From assembly GCF_018977255.1 (NCBI RefSeq), contig NW_024704755.1, positions 744,001 through 808,000 on the forward strand: DNA of 64,000 nucleotides, read 5' to 3'. Origin of the DNA: Callorhinchus milii (Eukaryota). Made by a program: the position numbers and the translations under genes. The notes under the pieces are model-generated. The model did no database searches and was not told the origin of the DNA. It saw nothing but the letters and a program-made list of their open reading frames with translations. Of the stretch, positions 30,485 to 41,965 are shown in pieces. Every line of letters starts with the position of its first letter. The first letter of the stretch is position 1.

Positions 30485-32357
30485 TCAGTGCCTGGGGTCT
30501 GGGCTGAGCTGGGCGCAGTGAGGGGTCTCGGTGGCTTTGCTGATCAGCACGAATGGATCCTCGCTGTCCGTCACCATCACCTCGGTGCGAAGCCAGTTGT
30601 TTTCATGGAGGGCCCGGCACATGTTCGCTGCTATGTCCCCACCACCGGGAGGTACTGATGAGCAGTCGGCCTGCAGGCTGAGTGGGGGGATGTAGTAGGA
30701 CTGCGGCGGCTCCCTAACTTCCTGCCCGGTGCCGGCCTGAGCCGAGCTGCCCGGCAAATCACAGGCGTCGGCAAGCAGGGCCACGGTGATTGGGCACACG
30801 CTGAGCTCCGTGATTGGCCAAACGCCATGCTCGGCAATTGGGCACACACTGTCCTCGGGGCCTGTGCCCGCGTGGTGTGGGTGGGCCGGCTCCGGCCCCA
30901 GGGTCTCGGCGATGGGGTAGGGAAGTCTCTCCCCACCCCCCAGCCACACCTCATTCGGGTATCGGCGGGCACTGCTGTGCCAGGCCTCCATGCTCTCCCG
31001 CTCCCGGCTCCCGAGGTGCAGCTCAGGCACTGTTACTGTTGGGTCGGGTGAGTCGGGGAATGAGGAGAGAGAGCGGGGCCCCTCGGGGAGCCGGGGCTCT
31101 GGGGTTACCGGGACGGTGTGTTTTGGCCTGGCCTCGGCTGCGATGTGGATGTCGGGGTATTCTGTGTACAGGTCGATGCTGTCCGAGAGGCTGGCTGGGA
31201 GCTCGGGGTGAGAGTCAGGCTGGGATGCCGGAGGGTCAGTGAGAGGGAGGGGGGCGTCAGAGTCAAGGGGAGGCTGGTCGTTGTCGGAGCCCCCTCCCTG
31301 GGGAGGCCCCCTCCCCTCGCCCCAGCTCAGGGGCAGTTGGCTCCGGGTCTGGATGACGGACAGGCAGCTGGAGCCTCCCACTCGCTCCAGGATTTCCCAC
31401 AGAACCTCGCACTCGCTCCGGGCCAGCAGGAACTCGAACGCCAGGTGCCCCAGGTCATCCACGTCCGGCGGCTGCCGCATCACGTACTCCTGGGAATCCC
31501 GCCGGGAGTATCCCAGCTTCTCTAGCATTCCCTGCATTCCATCCGCCGGGAACGCCGGCTGGAGGAAGTAGACGAAGGTACCAGTGAAGGTCTGGGGAAG
31601 AGAGAGAGAAACAGCGTTCAGTGCGCCTTCGGGCAGGCAGGAAATGGTTAATATACCCAATGTACTTCATGCCCTGGCACCTCCCTACCTCCCACCTGCT
31701 TACTCCCCACTTCAGCACCCGCTTGACTGGCTCCAGCCTCCTGCTTGTCCCTTGGCCCCTCCACTCCACCATCGGCAGCTGTGCTTTCAGCCACTACACC
31801 CCGAAACTTTGGAACTCTCTCCCCAATCCCTCTGCCTTGCTCCTTCCTTCCCCTTTTACAGATCACGACTGAAGACCATCCTCTCTGACCGTAATTAGTC
31901 ACCTCACCCCAGCTTGGAGTTAGCCTCTGCCACTGTTAAGCGCTTCAAGACGCTGCCCAGCGTGAAGGGTGCTGTGCACATAAATGCAGGCTGTTGTTGT
32001 CAGTAGAGGGACGGTCTTGTCACTAACCTTTAACGATCGGATCTCCTTCCTCCAGGGACAGAGGAACAGATTGACTGCGATCAACTCCAGGACCTCGAAA
32101 GCCTTTCCCAGAGCTCGGAAAGGATTCTCTCCTGGTCGCGGATCCACGCCTTTCACAAAGTCCCGGGCGATGCGGTAAAAGTCCAGGTGTGTGAAGCGGG
32201 AAGTGCCGGGGTGATAGGGAGTCTCCAGCACCTCCCTCACCTCCCTGCTCACCTCCTCCCCTGCCCAGGGAGACAGCTCCCCCGACAGATAGCTCTGCTG
32301 GTAAAACGCCCAGAAGTTTTGGTAAACTTTCTCTGCCACACAACTGGTGAGCTCCAT
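30485..32357 (-). CDS. SPATA2-family PUB-like domain protein, extra paralogue (2 coding exons, 478 aa)
   Basis: Exons 32357-32028 and 31591-30485, joined by a phase-0 GT-AG intron. Junction AFEVLELIAVNLFLCPWRKEIRSLK/TFTGTFVYFL...LGY...LAFEFLLARSECE matches the SPATA2/SPATA2L PUB domain, and the intron position agrees with recalled SPATA2. The frame is fully open. Confidence 0.9.
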
Positions 32358-32474
32358 CTCTTGGGCTCTGGCTCTCCCTCTCCCCCCCTCCGCTCTGTGC
32401 TGTGAACTCTCTCGCTGAGCGGAGCTGAGGTTCCTGCTCTATGTCTGCGTGTCTGCGTGAAGACAGGGCCTCAG

Positions 32475-32540
32475 GACAGAGGAAGCAGGAAGGTTGTGTT
32501 GTCTTTATGGCCAATCACGGTGAACGGAAAGTGAAAGCGT
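32475..32540 (-). promoter_or_regulatory. Putative promoter of the SPATA2-like gene with IRF/ISRE element, CCAAT box and ETS cores
   Basis: GAAAGTGAAAGC at 32527-32538, CCAAT at 32511-32515, CATAAA on the minus strand at ~32504-32509, and GGAAG cores at ~32481-32492. All lie 120-180 bp upstream of the ATG. Confidence 0.55.
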
Positions 32541-34823
32541 TCAGTCTCTCCCTCTCGTCTCTGTGGTTAGAATCAAGCCCAGTAACATACAGCCCCGACT
32601 GTGCCCTCGGGGTAACAACTGGAACACAGCACGGGGTTTGTGTGTGTGTGTGTGTGGGGGGGGGGGTGTAGGGGGATTTGACTGGTAAAGATTGATTTAC
32701 ACACGTGTTTTGAAAGCTTTGCAGTAATTGCTGCCCAGTGCAGTCAGCGACTGTTTTTTAAGCTCTTTCCCTCACACACTGCCAGAATATATATACAGTA
32801 CATAGGAACACAGGAACAGGAGGAGGCCATTCAGCCCCTCGAGCCTGTTCCGTCATTTTATAAGATCATGGCCTCAATACCTTGACTTCACAAACATCTA
32901 TCCACCTCAGTCTTGAAAATGTTAACGGATCCAGCAGCCGCAGCCTTTTATCCGAGGGTGGGGGCAATGGTTGAGGTGGCAGCGTGTGTGTGTGTGTGAG
33001 TGTGTGTGTGTGAGTGTGTGGAGTTGTTTTCTGGGACCTCGGGAGAAACTCCCTTCTCTTTTCCAATATCGTCACGGGATTTATTTAACCTTCGCTGGAC
33101 AGGCACAGGCTGCCGCTCAGCACTACCAGGCTCTACACTGACATTGGGCTTGACTGCCTTCCCTGTTCCCCTCCCACTTCTCTTCTTGCTCTGCGTTCCC
33201 CTAACGCTGACTGCGCTGTTAGCGCAGGGCACTGTAATACCTCTGCCTTGCGAGCATGGGGCGCTGCGCTCCCAGCTCCAGCACATCACCGGTCCAGACT
33301 GGGTTCATGCTGATGCTTTGTCCTTCCATTCCATCCACGTTTGCATCCCGTTTACCTAATTCCAAAGAGTATTAGCTGCAGGATTAGCAAGAGCCAAGGC
33401 TAAGGGACACCATAGTGTGTGTTGGGGGTAATTGCTGGAGTCTAACCATCTAAAACCACATATCGAACCACGTATTGATGTCACGGTCTGGGAAGCTTTC
33501 CCGTTGCTTGTCCAGCTGGGACCGCCCTACCTGTTAGGGCTTTGGCTTGCAGGGTTAACAGGAGCTGAGCGGGAGGATTCCCTGCCCCCAGTGACTGCAT
33601 TCATTCGTACTTTCTTCTCATTCTCTCTTATTCCTGTCCTCTCTGATTCTCTTCCCTCTCTCCACCCCCCCCACCCCCACTTCCCCACACCTTTTTTTTC
33701 CAGTTCCGGAAATAGTCAAACTGAACCACACAGAGCGTCAGATTCTGAAATTGAGATTATTTTTATTAAATAAAAACAAACAGACGATTTAAAAGACCAG
33801 ATGTGTGAGTGACGGTGACAAAGTGTGGGTGTAAATATCACCCCCGAATCTCACCGTGTGTCCAGCCCAGTGTGGAGCTGATCGGGGAGAGGAGGCGAGG
33901 CTGGACAGTGAGAGACAGACTCACTGTCATCCCCCAACCGGCCAACCTCGCCATCAAACAGTGCTCGGGTGAGGGGGTGTGGGCAGGAATAATAATAGTA
34001 ATAATCCTTGCATTTAATAATCCTTGCATTTGATATAGCGCTTTTCACGTCGGGAGGACGTCCCAAAGCGCTTCACAGAATAGACTGTAAAGTGAATTGA
34101 CTGTATATTTGTGGGCGAACGCGGCAGCCAATTGCGCACAGCAATGTCCCACAAACAGCCGTAGGTTGAGTGACCACATTTAAATTTTTTTAAAATTTGA
34201 TAAAGTGCCTGACCATTGGAACGTCTCAAAGCGCTTCACAGAATATACTGTAAAGTGGATTGTCTGTGTATTTTGTGGCGAAACGTGGGAGCCAATTGGG
34301 CACAGCAGTGTCCCCACATACAGCCGTAGGTTGAGTGACCACATTTAAATTTTTTTTTGAAGGGTTATTAACCCTGGAAAGCGATCCACCAATTGACTTA
34401 CTGCTGGGTAAACAGAGGTGTGTGGAGTAAGGAAACTTGCCTAAGGTTTCGCCCCGCCTGGGAATCAAACCCAGGTCCTCTCGCTTACGAGGCGAGCGCT
34501 CTAACCACTACACTACGGCACTGCACGTACGAGTTATCGGGATCTGTTGAGTTCAGCAACAAACTGAGCAAAAACAATAACATTCTAAAAAAATGTACAA
34601 TCATCAGAGAAACACAGCCATTAATCCAACACACTTCCCGTCTAGCTGCCAGCATCAGCGATTGTGATGAGGTCATTTTTTTATATAGGTGTCCCCGGTC
34701 TGGTCTACAAAATATGGTCACCCTACTTTCCCAGCCCCGCCCTACTTTCTCAGCCCCACCCTACTTTCCCAGGCTCAGCCCTTTTCTGGGTTCCCGGAAT
34801 TCTGTGCTGGGAAGGGTGATGTC

Positions 34824-37800
34824 TCAGCCGTTATGAGGGAGCAGGGGCAGGGGCTCACTCTGATCGCAGTGCTCGTACAGTGGGGGCGGGAGGAGCGGGG
34901 GACCTCCGACCCCATCCTCCTGCCTGGGGTCCGTCAGGGAATACGGTGGAGGGTCTTCACCAGGGACGTAGAGGCGAGGCTGGCTCGGCAATAGGCAGTC
35001 TTCATAGCTGTCAGATAAGGCAGGACATCAGTGAGGGAGGAAGGGAGGGAGGGAGGGAGGAAGGGAGTGAGCGAGTGAGCGAGGGACGGAGGGAGTGAGT
35101 GGGGTTAAGATTGGCTGTGTGCGGGGATGTGCCGGTGGGGTGGGAGAGGAGGGGAGGAGCGTTACTCACTGTGGTGGAGAGTCTGGGTACACATTGGCCT
35201 GTGACAGGGTCTCGAGGGAAGAGTCAAAATCAAAGGCTGGCGGGGAGTGCGGGTCGCACGAGGACCTCAGCTCCCCCTCTGATCCTCTGCACGAGAGCGT
35301 GTCCGGGGCTGCGGGAATCATCAGAGAGAGAGAGAGAGAGAGAGTGAGGCCGTCAGGCTGCTCAGTGTTAGAACATTCCTCGCAGCTGGAATGTACAAAT
35401 AGCGCAAAGCTTCAAATGGAATCACTTTGTACTGCCGCGGTGTGTGTGACTGTGCACGGGTCACTGTGTGTGCGTGTGTGTGTGTGAGACTGTACAGAGT
35501 CGCTGTGTACTCAGCAGGGAGAGGGTTAACAAGATGTGCTGAATGCTGTAACAGCTTTTAAGTCCCGGAGTGTGAGGAGGAGCGTAGCTGGCGGAATAAC
35601 ATCGAGGTGAAAGGTTTGCTGCATCAATTGAAGTTTTCCAGACTGAGGTGGACACATGTTTGTTAGGACAGGGGATCAAGGGATTTGGGGAGAAAGCCAG
35701 GTAATTGGAGTTGAGGTACAGATCAGTCATGGAGGGGCTGAATGGCCTCCTCCTGTTGCTATGTTCCTAAAGTCTCACCGTAGGCTGTATCGGAGCTGAT
35801 GTGTGCGCCCCGCAGGCTCCCCACGATGATGGTGACACAGGAGAGTAGCAGCACCGCCCCGATCACAATGCCGGCCACCACTAGCGGGGACACCAGAACA
35901 CTGCCCCCTGCCCCTGCCTCCCCGCCACCCCGCTCCGGGGACACCCCGCTCTGGTTACCAGCTATTTCTGAAGAGAGAACACAACAACAACATCAACACC
36001 AATATCATCAAAATCAACAAAGTGCATTTTTATAATAATAATCCTTGCATTTGACACAGCGCCCAATAACATCATTGAGACATCCCAAAACGCTTCACAT
36101 ACTGTAAAATGAATTGACTGTGGTTTTCATGGGTGAAACGCGGCAGCCAACTGCACACAGCAACGTCCCCACAAACAGTCGTAGATTGAGTGACCACATT
36201 TTTTTTTGAGGGATTATTACCTCCCACTTCGGAAAGCGATCTGCCAATTGACTAATATAGCGCCTGTCACATCGGGAGGAAGTCCCAAGATGCTGGTCAG
36301 TGAGGTTGGGGGCTGGAGTCAAGAGGGCTAGAGGGCAAGGGGCTGGGAGGGTAACTGAAGGCACAGTCGAAGAGGAAAGTCTTGAGACAGGACTTGAAGG
36401 AGACGAGGGAAGGGGCGAGGCAGTAGGGCTCTGGGATGGAGTTCTTGAGGTTGGGGGTGTGGTTGAGGGGCCCGCGGGGGTGAGGGGGATGGGGGAGAGG
36501 TAGCACTTACTTGAGCAGATGAGTTTGATGGAGGTGTACTCATTGCCACAATCCTTCTTATAATGGCATCGCAGCCAGTTGAGCAGACACAGCCCATTAC
36601 CACACTGAAGCTCCTCCTTTCTGCAGGGCAGCACACTCTGCTCGTCTGCTTAACCCAGAGATCAGCGTCAGACAGTCACAGTCGGAGGCACCGCAGTGAG
36701 AGCCACTCCCTAACCCAGCCGCCAACATCAACATCCCCTGTCACTCCCATTGCACACAGTCTCAATGGACCAAACTCTATCCTACTCAGTCTCACGTACG
36801 CACACACACACAGCCCGGCCTGGTTCATCAGCAGGACTTGGAAGGATAGACCAGTCACTGGGGGCAGGGAATCCTCCCACTCAGCTCCTGCAGCCAAAGC
36901 CCTAATGGGTAGGGTGGTCCTATCTGGACAAGCAGTGGGAAAGCTTGGCCATTACTTTAGACATGAAGTCTCTCTTGTAGATTGCTGGCCTGTTGTGCAT
37001 CCTAGTTTGTTTCTGCCTCAAACTCGTTTACAGTTACAGACAGATCAATCGAGGAACATAAGGGAGGAAATAAAAAGTTGATGTAAACCTTTTCAACTCT
37101 TTATGAATTTCTCATAAGTTTGTAGATCTGAGGAGGCCAAACTGAGCAGTGGGGGTGTGGGGAGAGGTTAGAGACAGCAATCAGTACCAGACACACAGCT
37201 CGTTCCCGCTCTCTCGGTCCCGTTCATTCCCTGTGTTACTTACATGATCCCGAGTTGTTGCCTCCCAGTCCGATGCGGATCGAACTCCCTGACACCAGAG
37301 GAAAGTGCAGAAGAATAGCTGGGGAGAAAAATCACAAATTACTTCACAGACTCGGAGGTGCTGACTTTCAGATGAGAAGTTAAACCAAGTTCCCCCGTCT
37401 GTGCCCTGTTCAGACGGACATTAAAGATCCCGCGGCGTTGTTGAAAAAGACAAGGGAGATTCTCTCGCACGGTCAACATCCTGGTCGACAATCCAGATAA
37501 AACTAATCACTCAGCAATGTTTGCAGGACATTGTTGTGTGCACATTGCCTGCTGTGTTTGTCTACAAAACACAGTCACTACACTGTACAGTGAATCCTGT
37601 GAAGCACTTTGAGACATCCTCCCGATATGAAAGGTGCTAACAAATGTAAATATCTTCTGTGAGACGTCTCAAAGATGTGATCAGGCGTCATATCAAATGT
37701 AAGGATTATTATTATTAATATGACTGGTAGTTATGGAGTGAGGGGGGAGTGAGAGAGAGAGCACTACTGCAGCACATTTTATTTCTGAATTAAACTGAAT

Positions 37801-38126
37801 ATTGTAATTTCATTCCCTGATGTACCTGTTAGCAGTGATGACACACACACACAGTAACAAAGCCAACACAAACACAAAGCACAATTCTCTGATCACACAC
37901 ACTCTCCTCTGCTAACACAAGCCGAGAGCTCTGTGGTTTAAAGATCTAGCGTTTGGGGGGGCAGGGGAAGGAGGAGGAGGGGGAGAGAGTGGGGGTGTGG
38001 GGTGGGGGCGGGGATGGAATCAACGAGAATCCCTTATTTTTCCCGGCAGGAATAATCCCCAACCCAGAATATAAACTTACATAAAACGCTCTCCTCACCT
38101 GTCCACAGGGACAAAGTCACCTCCAT
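34824..38126 (-). CDS. BEAN1: BEAN1 (brain-expressed, NEDD4-associated), with signal peptide, LDLa-like domain, TM helix and PPxY motifs (6 exons, ~249 aa)
   Basis: Exons 38126-38099, 37318-37244, 36645-36511 (alternative acceptor 36648), 35967-35779, 35308-35170, 35007-34824, with consistent phases. TM LVSPLVVAGIVIGAVLLLSCVTIIVGSLR and YPDSPPHYEDC...LYVPGEDPPPYSLTD match human BEAN1. The first two exons are less certain. Minus-strand AATAAA at 33762-33767. Confidence 0.88.
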
Positions 38127-41100
38127 ACGATAGAAATTCTCCTCTCAAGCCATCAGCTTTCATTTGCTGAAAAATATGATATAATACAAAGTATATACTG
38201 TATATACAGTGTTAAAGGAAAGGATTTCCTTTTGATGTTACTGCTCTTTTCTTCTCCTTCTTCACCTCTCCCTCTCCACCCGAAGAAAAAAAATGAAGGA
38301 ATTGATGATGGAATAATCTTCTCTCCCTCTCTCCGGCTGCTTTGTTGAGTGAATCCGTTCATACGATGGGATTCCCTCTCTCTCTCTCTCTCTCTCTCTG
38401 TTTCCAGTCAGCCTCTGTCACTCTCTCCTTTAACCTCAATCCATCAGCTGAGCTCCATCAGCACAGAGTAGCCTTTCCTCTCTCTCTCTCTCTCTATATA
38501 TAAATATACAGTATAGAAATAGAGATTCATTCACTTTATACCCCAAACTGTGTGTGGTTGCGGAGTGAGGGAGGGGAGAGAGAGTAGAGTCTTATTTGTG
38601 TAGTAAAATGTTTCTCAGTCTGAAATCACATCAATAGTTAATTTCCACTAACATCAGTCCCTGCTATACAGATGCTGAATTGCATAATGTGTCCACGCCT
38701 TCTCTCTCTCTCTCTCTCTCTGTGAAATACACAAATATTATTAAACCCCAACCGGTCACTTAACTCTGAAGCAAGCAAACCACATCACTAGTGCAGTGGG
38801 TAGATTTATAGGCAGATCGACTCTGTGTTTGAGTGTGTGTTGGGGGAGGGGAGAGAGGTTCTATCACCCACTTAGAACAAAATACAATTTTTTTCAACGC
38901 TCTCGCTCAGGGGGATACAACTGAGAGAGAGGGAGGGAGTGGGAAACGTTTAACTCCATCTGTTTTTAACATATTTAGAAATAAAATGAGTTTGTTCTCC
39001 GCAGAAAGGTCTGTTTTGTATCCTGCTCCACCTCCCCTTCTCTTTACAGACACACAGTGAAACCAGGCTGAAAGGTAGCGTCACTTACAATAACAGGCCT
39101 GGTATTTGATGCAGCAAAATGTCTTAGAGTCTCACAGGGAATTGGCTGTTGTTTCCTCCCTCCCCTTCCCTCGTTCGAGGCTTGTCTCAAGACCTATCTC
39201 TTTGCTCGAGCTTTCGGTCATCTTACTCCCCCACCATCTCTTCCCTCCCCCCCATCGACTCCCACCCACCAGCTCAGCCCAGCAATGTAACGTGGTTTGA
39301 GATGTCCTCCTGACATGAAAGGCGCTGTGCAAATGGAAACTGTGTTGTATTGTCTAGTGTGGTGTCCGGGCCGGCTGCTGGCGGGATGTTGCCCTCCTGA
39401 CATGAAAGGCGCTATACAAATGTAATTTGTTGTTGTTGTTTTTGCTGTGTGCAAATTTGGCTGCCGCATTCACCCACAGAACGCGCAGTCACTACACTTT
39501 ACAGAGAAACTCTGTGAAGCGCTTTGAGTTGTTCCATCACAATAGATGTTGTAGTATTTGAGCTCAGAGAATCCGACATTGGGGTTTGAATGCAGAACCT
39601 CCTGACGCGAGGCCAAGCCAGGCTGACACATTGCTTGGCAATGAGGATCAGGCAAGCCATCAGTGTAGTGTGGGCCTGTGTGTGTGGCAGCTGTCACTGA
39701 CTGCCTCGCCCCCCCCCCCACCCCTTGCCTCCGTCAAGGCTTGTCTCAACACCTTCCTTTTCAACTGTGCCTTTGGTCATCCTCCCGTCCTCTCTTGCCC
39801 TCCACCCCTCTTGACTGTCCAGTGCCTTGGGGGACGTCCTTCTATCATGAAAGATACTGTATGTAAATTTTTAATTTGTTGTTGGGTAAAAATGCAGTTA
39901 ACCAGAGAAAGAGAGAAAGACATAGGGAGACACACAGACAGACAAACAAACAAACAGAGGAGACAGAAAAACAGAGAGAGACTGAGGGATAGAGACACAG
40001 ACAGACAGAGAGATGCGCTAATAACAGGGATTAATCTAATGGTCTGTATCATTTGATCTTTATTCTCACTATTAAAAAAATACTTATTGGAGTGTCTGTC
40101 AGCTTAGCTGCTAACGGCTGAATAAAGCGCTCACACAGCATTAACCTGGATATCAGCCTCCAGCAGCAAAGCCCGTCTGACCTGCTCTCAGTACAGAGCA
40201 GCCTACCCACAGGAATCACTCACAGTGTGAGCCCCCGCACTCACACACACATATACATGCACACACACACATACACACACACATACACACACAGACACGC
40301 ACGCACACACACAGGGAGCTACAGGTTGGAGACTAATCCAGGGGCTTGGCGGGGGTGTGAGTGGGGACGTTATATATAGAATAATGCACCTCTCAAGTGA
40401 GTCACAGACTGGAGTATAATCCAGGAGTTTGGTGGTGGGGGTGTTACATATACAATAACACACCTCTTGAGCACCCCATGACCGGTTTGTGATGGGATGG
40501 GATGAGATTGGATCAGGATTAAGTGGGAAGGGATTACGTGAGGATCATGATTGTATTCGGATTAATCACTTTGCCAATCTTTGCTGCACTTGGACAATCG
40601 ATCGCCCAATGAAACCCGTCTCGGAGACGTGACGAGACACTAAACCAAATGCAAAGATTATTATTATTATTATGACATTGCGTCTGTGAATCTGGTTTCT
40701 AGTGAGTGTTTGGTGCGCTCCGGTGGGCACAGAGGGAATTACTATCCAACATTGACCCAGCCAGGCAGTCAGCAGTAACTGCCGCTTATAGTGACATGAT
40801 AATAATAATCCTTGCATTTAATGCAGCGCCTTGTTACACCTTTGCCACGTCTCAAAACCCCAGTCACTAATCCCTCCAAAAACAAAACAATAATAAATTG
40901 GTCATTTTCAACCCACGACTGTTTGTGGGACATTGCTGTGCGTAATTGGCTGCCGCGTTCGCCCACAAATATACAGTCAATTCACTTTACAGTGTGTTCT
41001 GTGAAGCGCTTTGGGACGTCCTCCCGACGTGAAAAGCGCTATATCAAATGCAAGGATTATTATTATTATTATTATTAAATCTTGCAAAGCTTTTTGAAAC

Positions 41101-41965
41101 GTCTTCCTGATGTCTGTTAGAGTTTATTTTGTTCTGTTAGATTTTAAAGCACTTTTACCTTGTTCCTGCCGGGGAGGGAAAGCATTCATTGGAAGAGTGA
41201 GTCTCGCCTCTTTGGGTGGGTGGGGCGGGCGGGCGGGCGGGGAGGTGGTGGGGCAGAGGTGGGAGAAGGGACACCTAATAATCGAGACGTTTGCTCCTTT
41301 CACACATCGCTTCTGACGGTTCTGAGTTTCCAGCGTTTTTTTTTATTCACAAAACATTCGTTGTTAAAAAAAGTACAAAATCAGTTGTTAAAAATACAGA
41401 TATAACAACGTAAAAACAATTTAAAAAAAACCCCCATAAGGAACTGAGTACATTACCACCGCACCCACCGTGAATAAAGAGTTAACAACATTGTTACAGG
41501 CTTATTCTGCTCCTGGTACAAACCCACTGTAAATCAGATTAAACAATGTCACCAAATCCCACACACGCCTTGACAGAAGGAATCTGCCAATGACTGCCAC
41601 ACAGCACCTCCATCATGAGGAGACATTAATAATAATTACTGTATAATAATAATAATAATGATCCTTATATTGATTTGATGCAGCTCCGTTGACGTCGGGA
41701 GGACGTCTCAAAGCGCTTCACACAAATGCCCAGTGTTTTACAGGAATGCCAGTGTTTTTTTGGAGCGGTTCCATATGATAGTTCCTAGATCTTGCCCCCC
41801 CCCACCCTCTCTAAACCCCCAGTCTCCAGTCTGCCCCCCCCTCGCCCTCTCCCCTCTCTTCCCTCCTCACCCTCTCCCCTCTCTTCCGCCCCGCTCGCCC
41901 TCCCCCCCCTTCCCCCCCTTGCCCTCTCCCCTCTCTAACCCTCCTACTCCCTTGCTCTCTCCTCG

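Noticed and set aside
30485-32357. Naming the PUB-domain gene SPATA2 or SPATA2L
   Set aside because: Its synteny matches neither human gene and it lacks the SPATA2 Cys-rich C-terminus. The symbol is withheld pending a phylogeny.
38455-38475. TCAGCAC half-site suggesting an RE1/REST element in the BEAN1 upstream region
   Set aside because: The second half-site (GGACAG) is missing at the required spacing.
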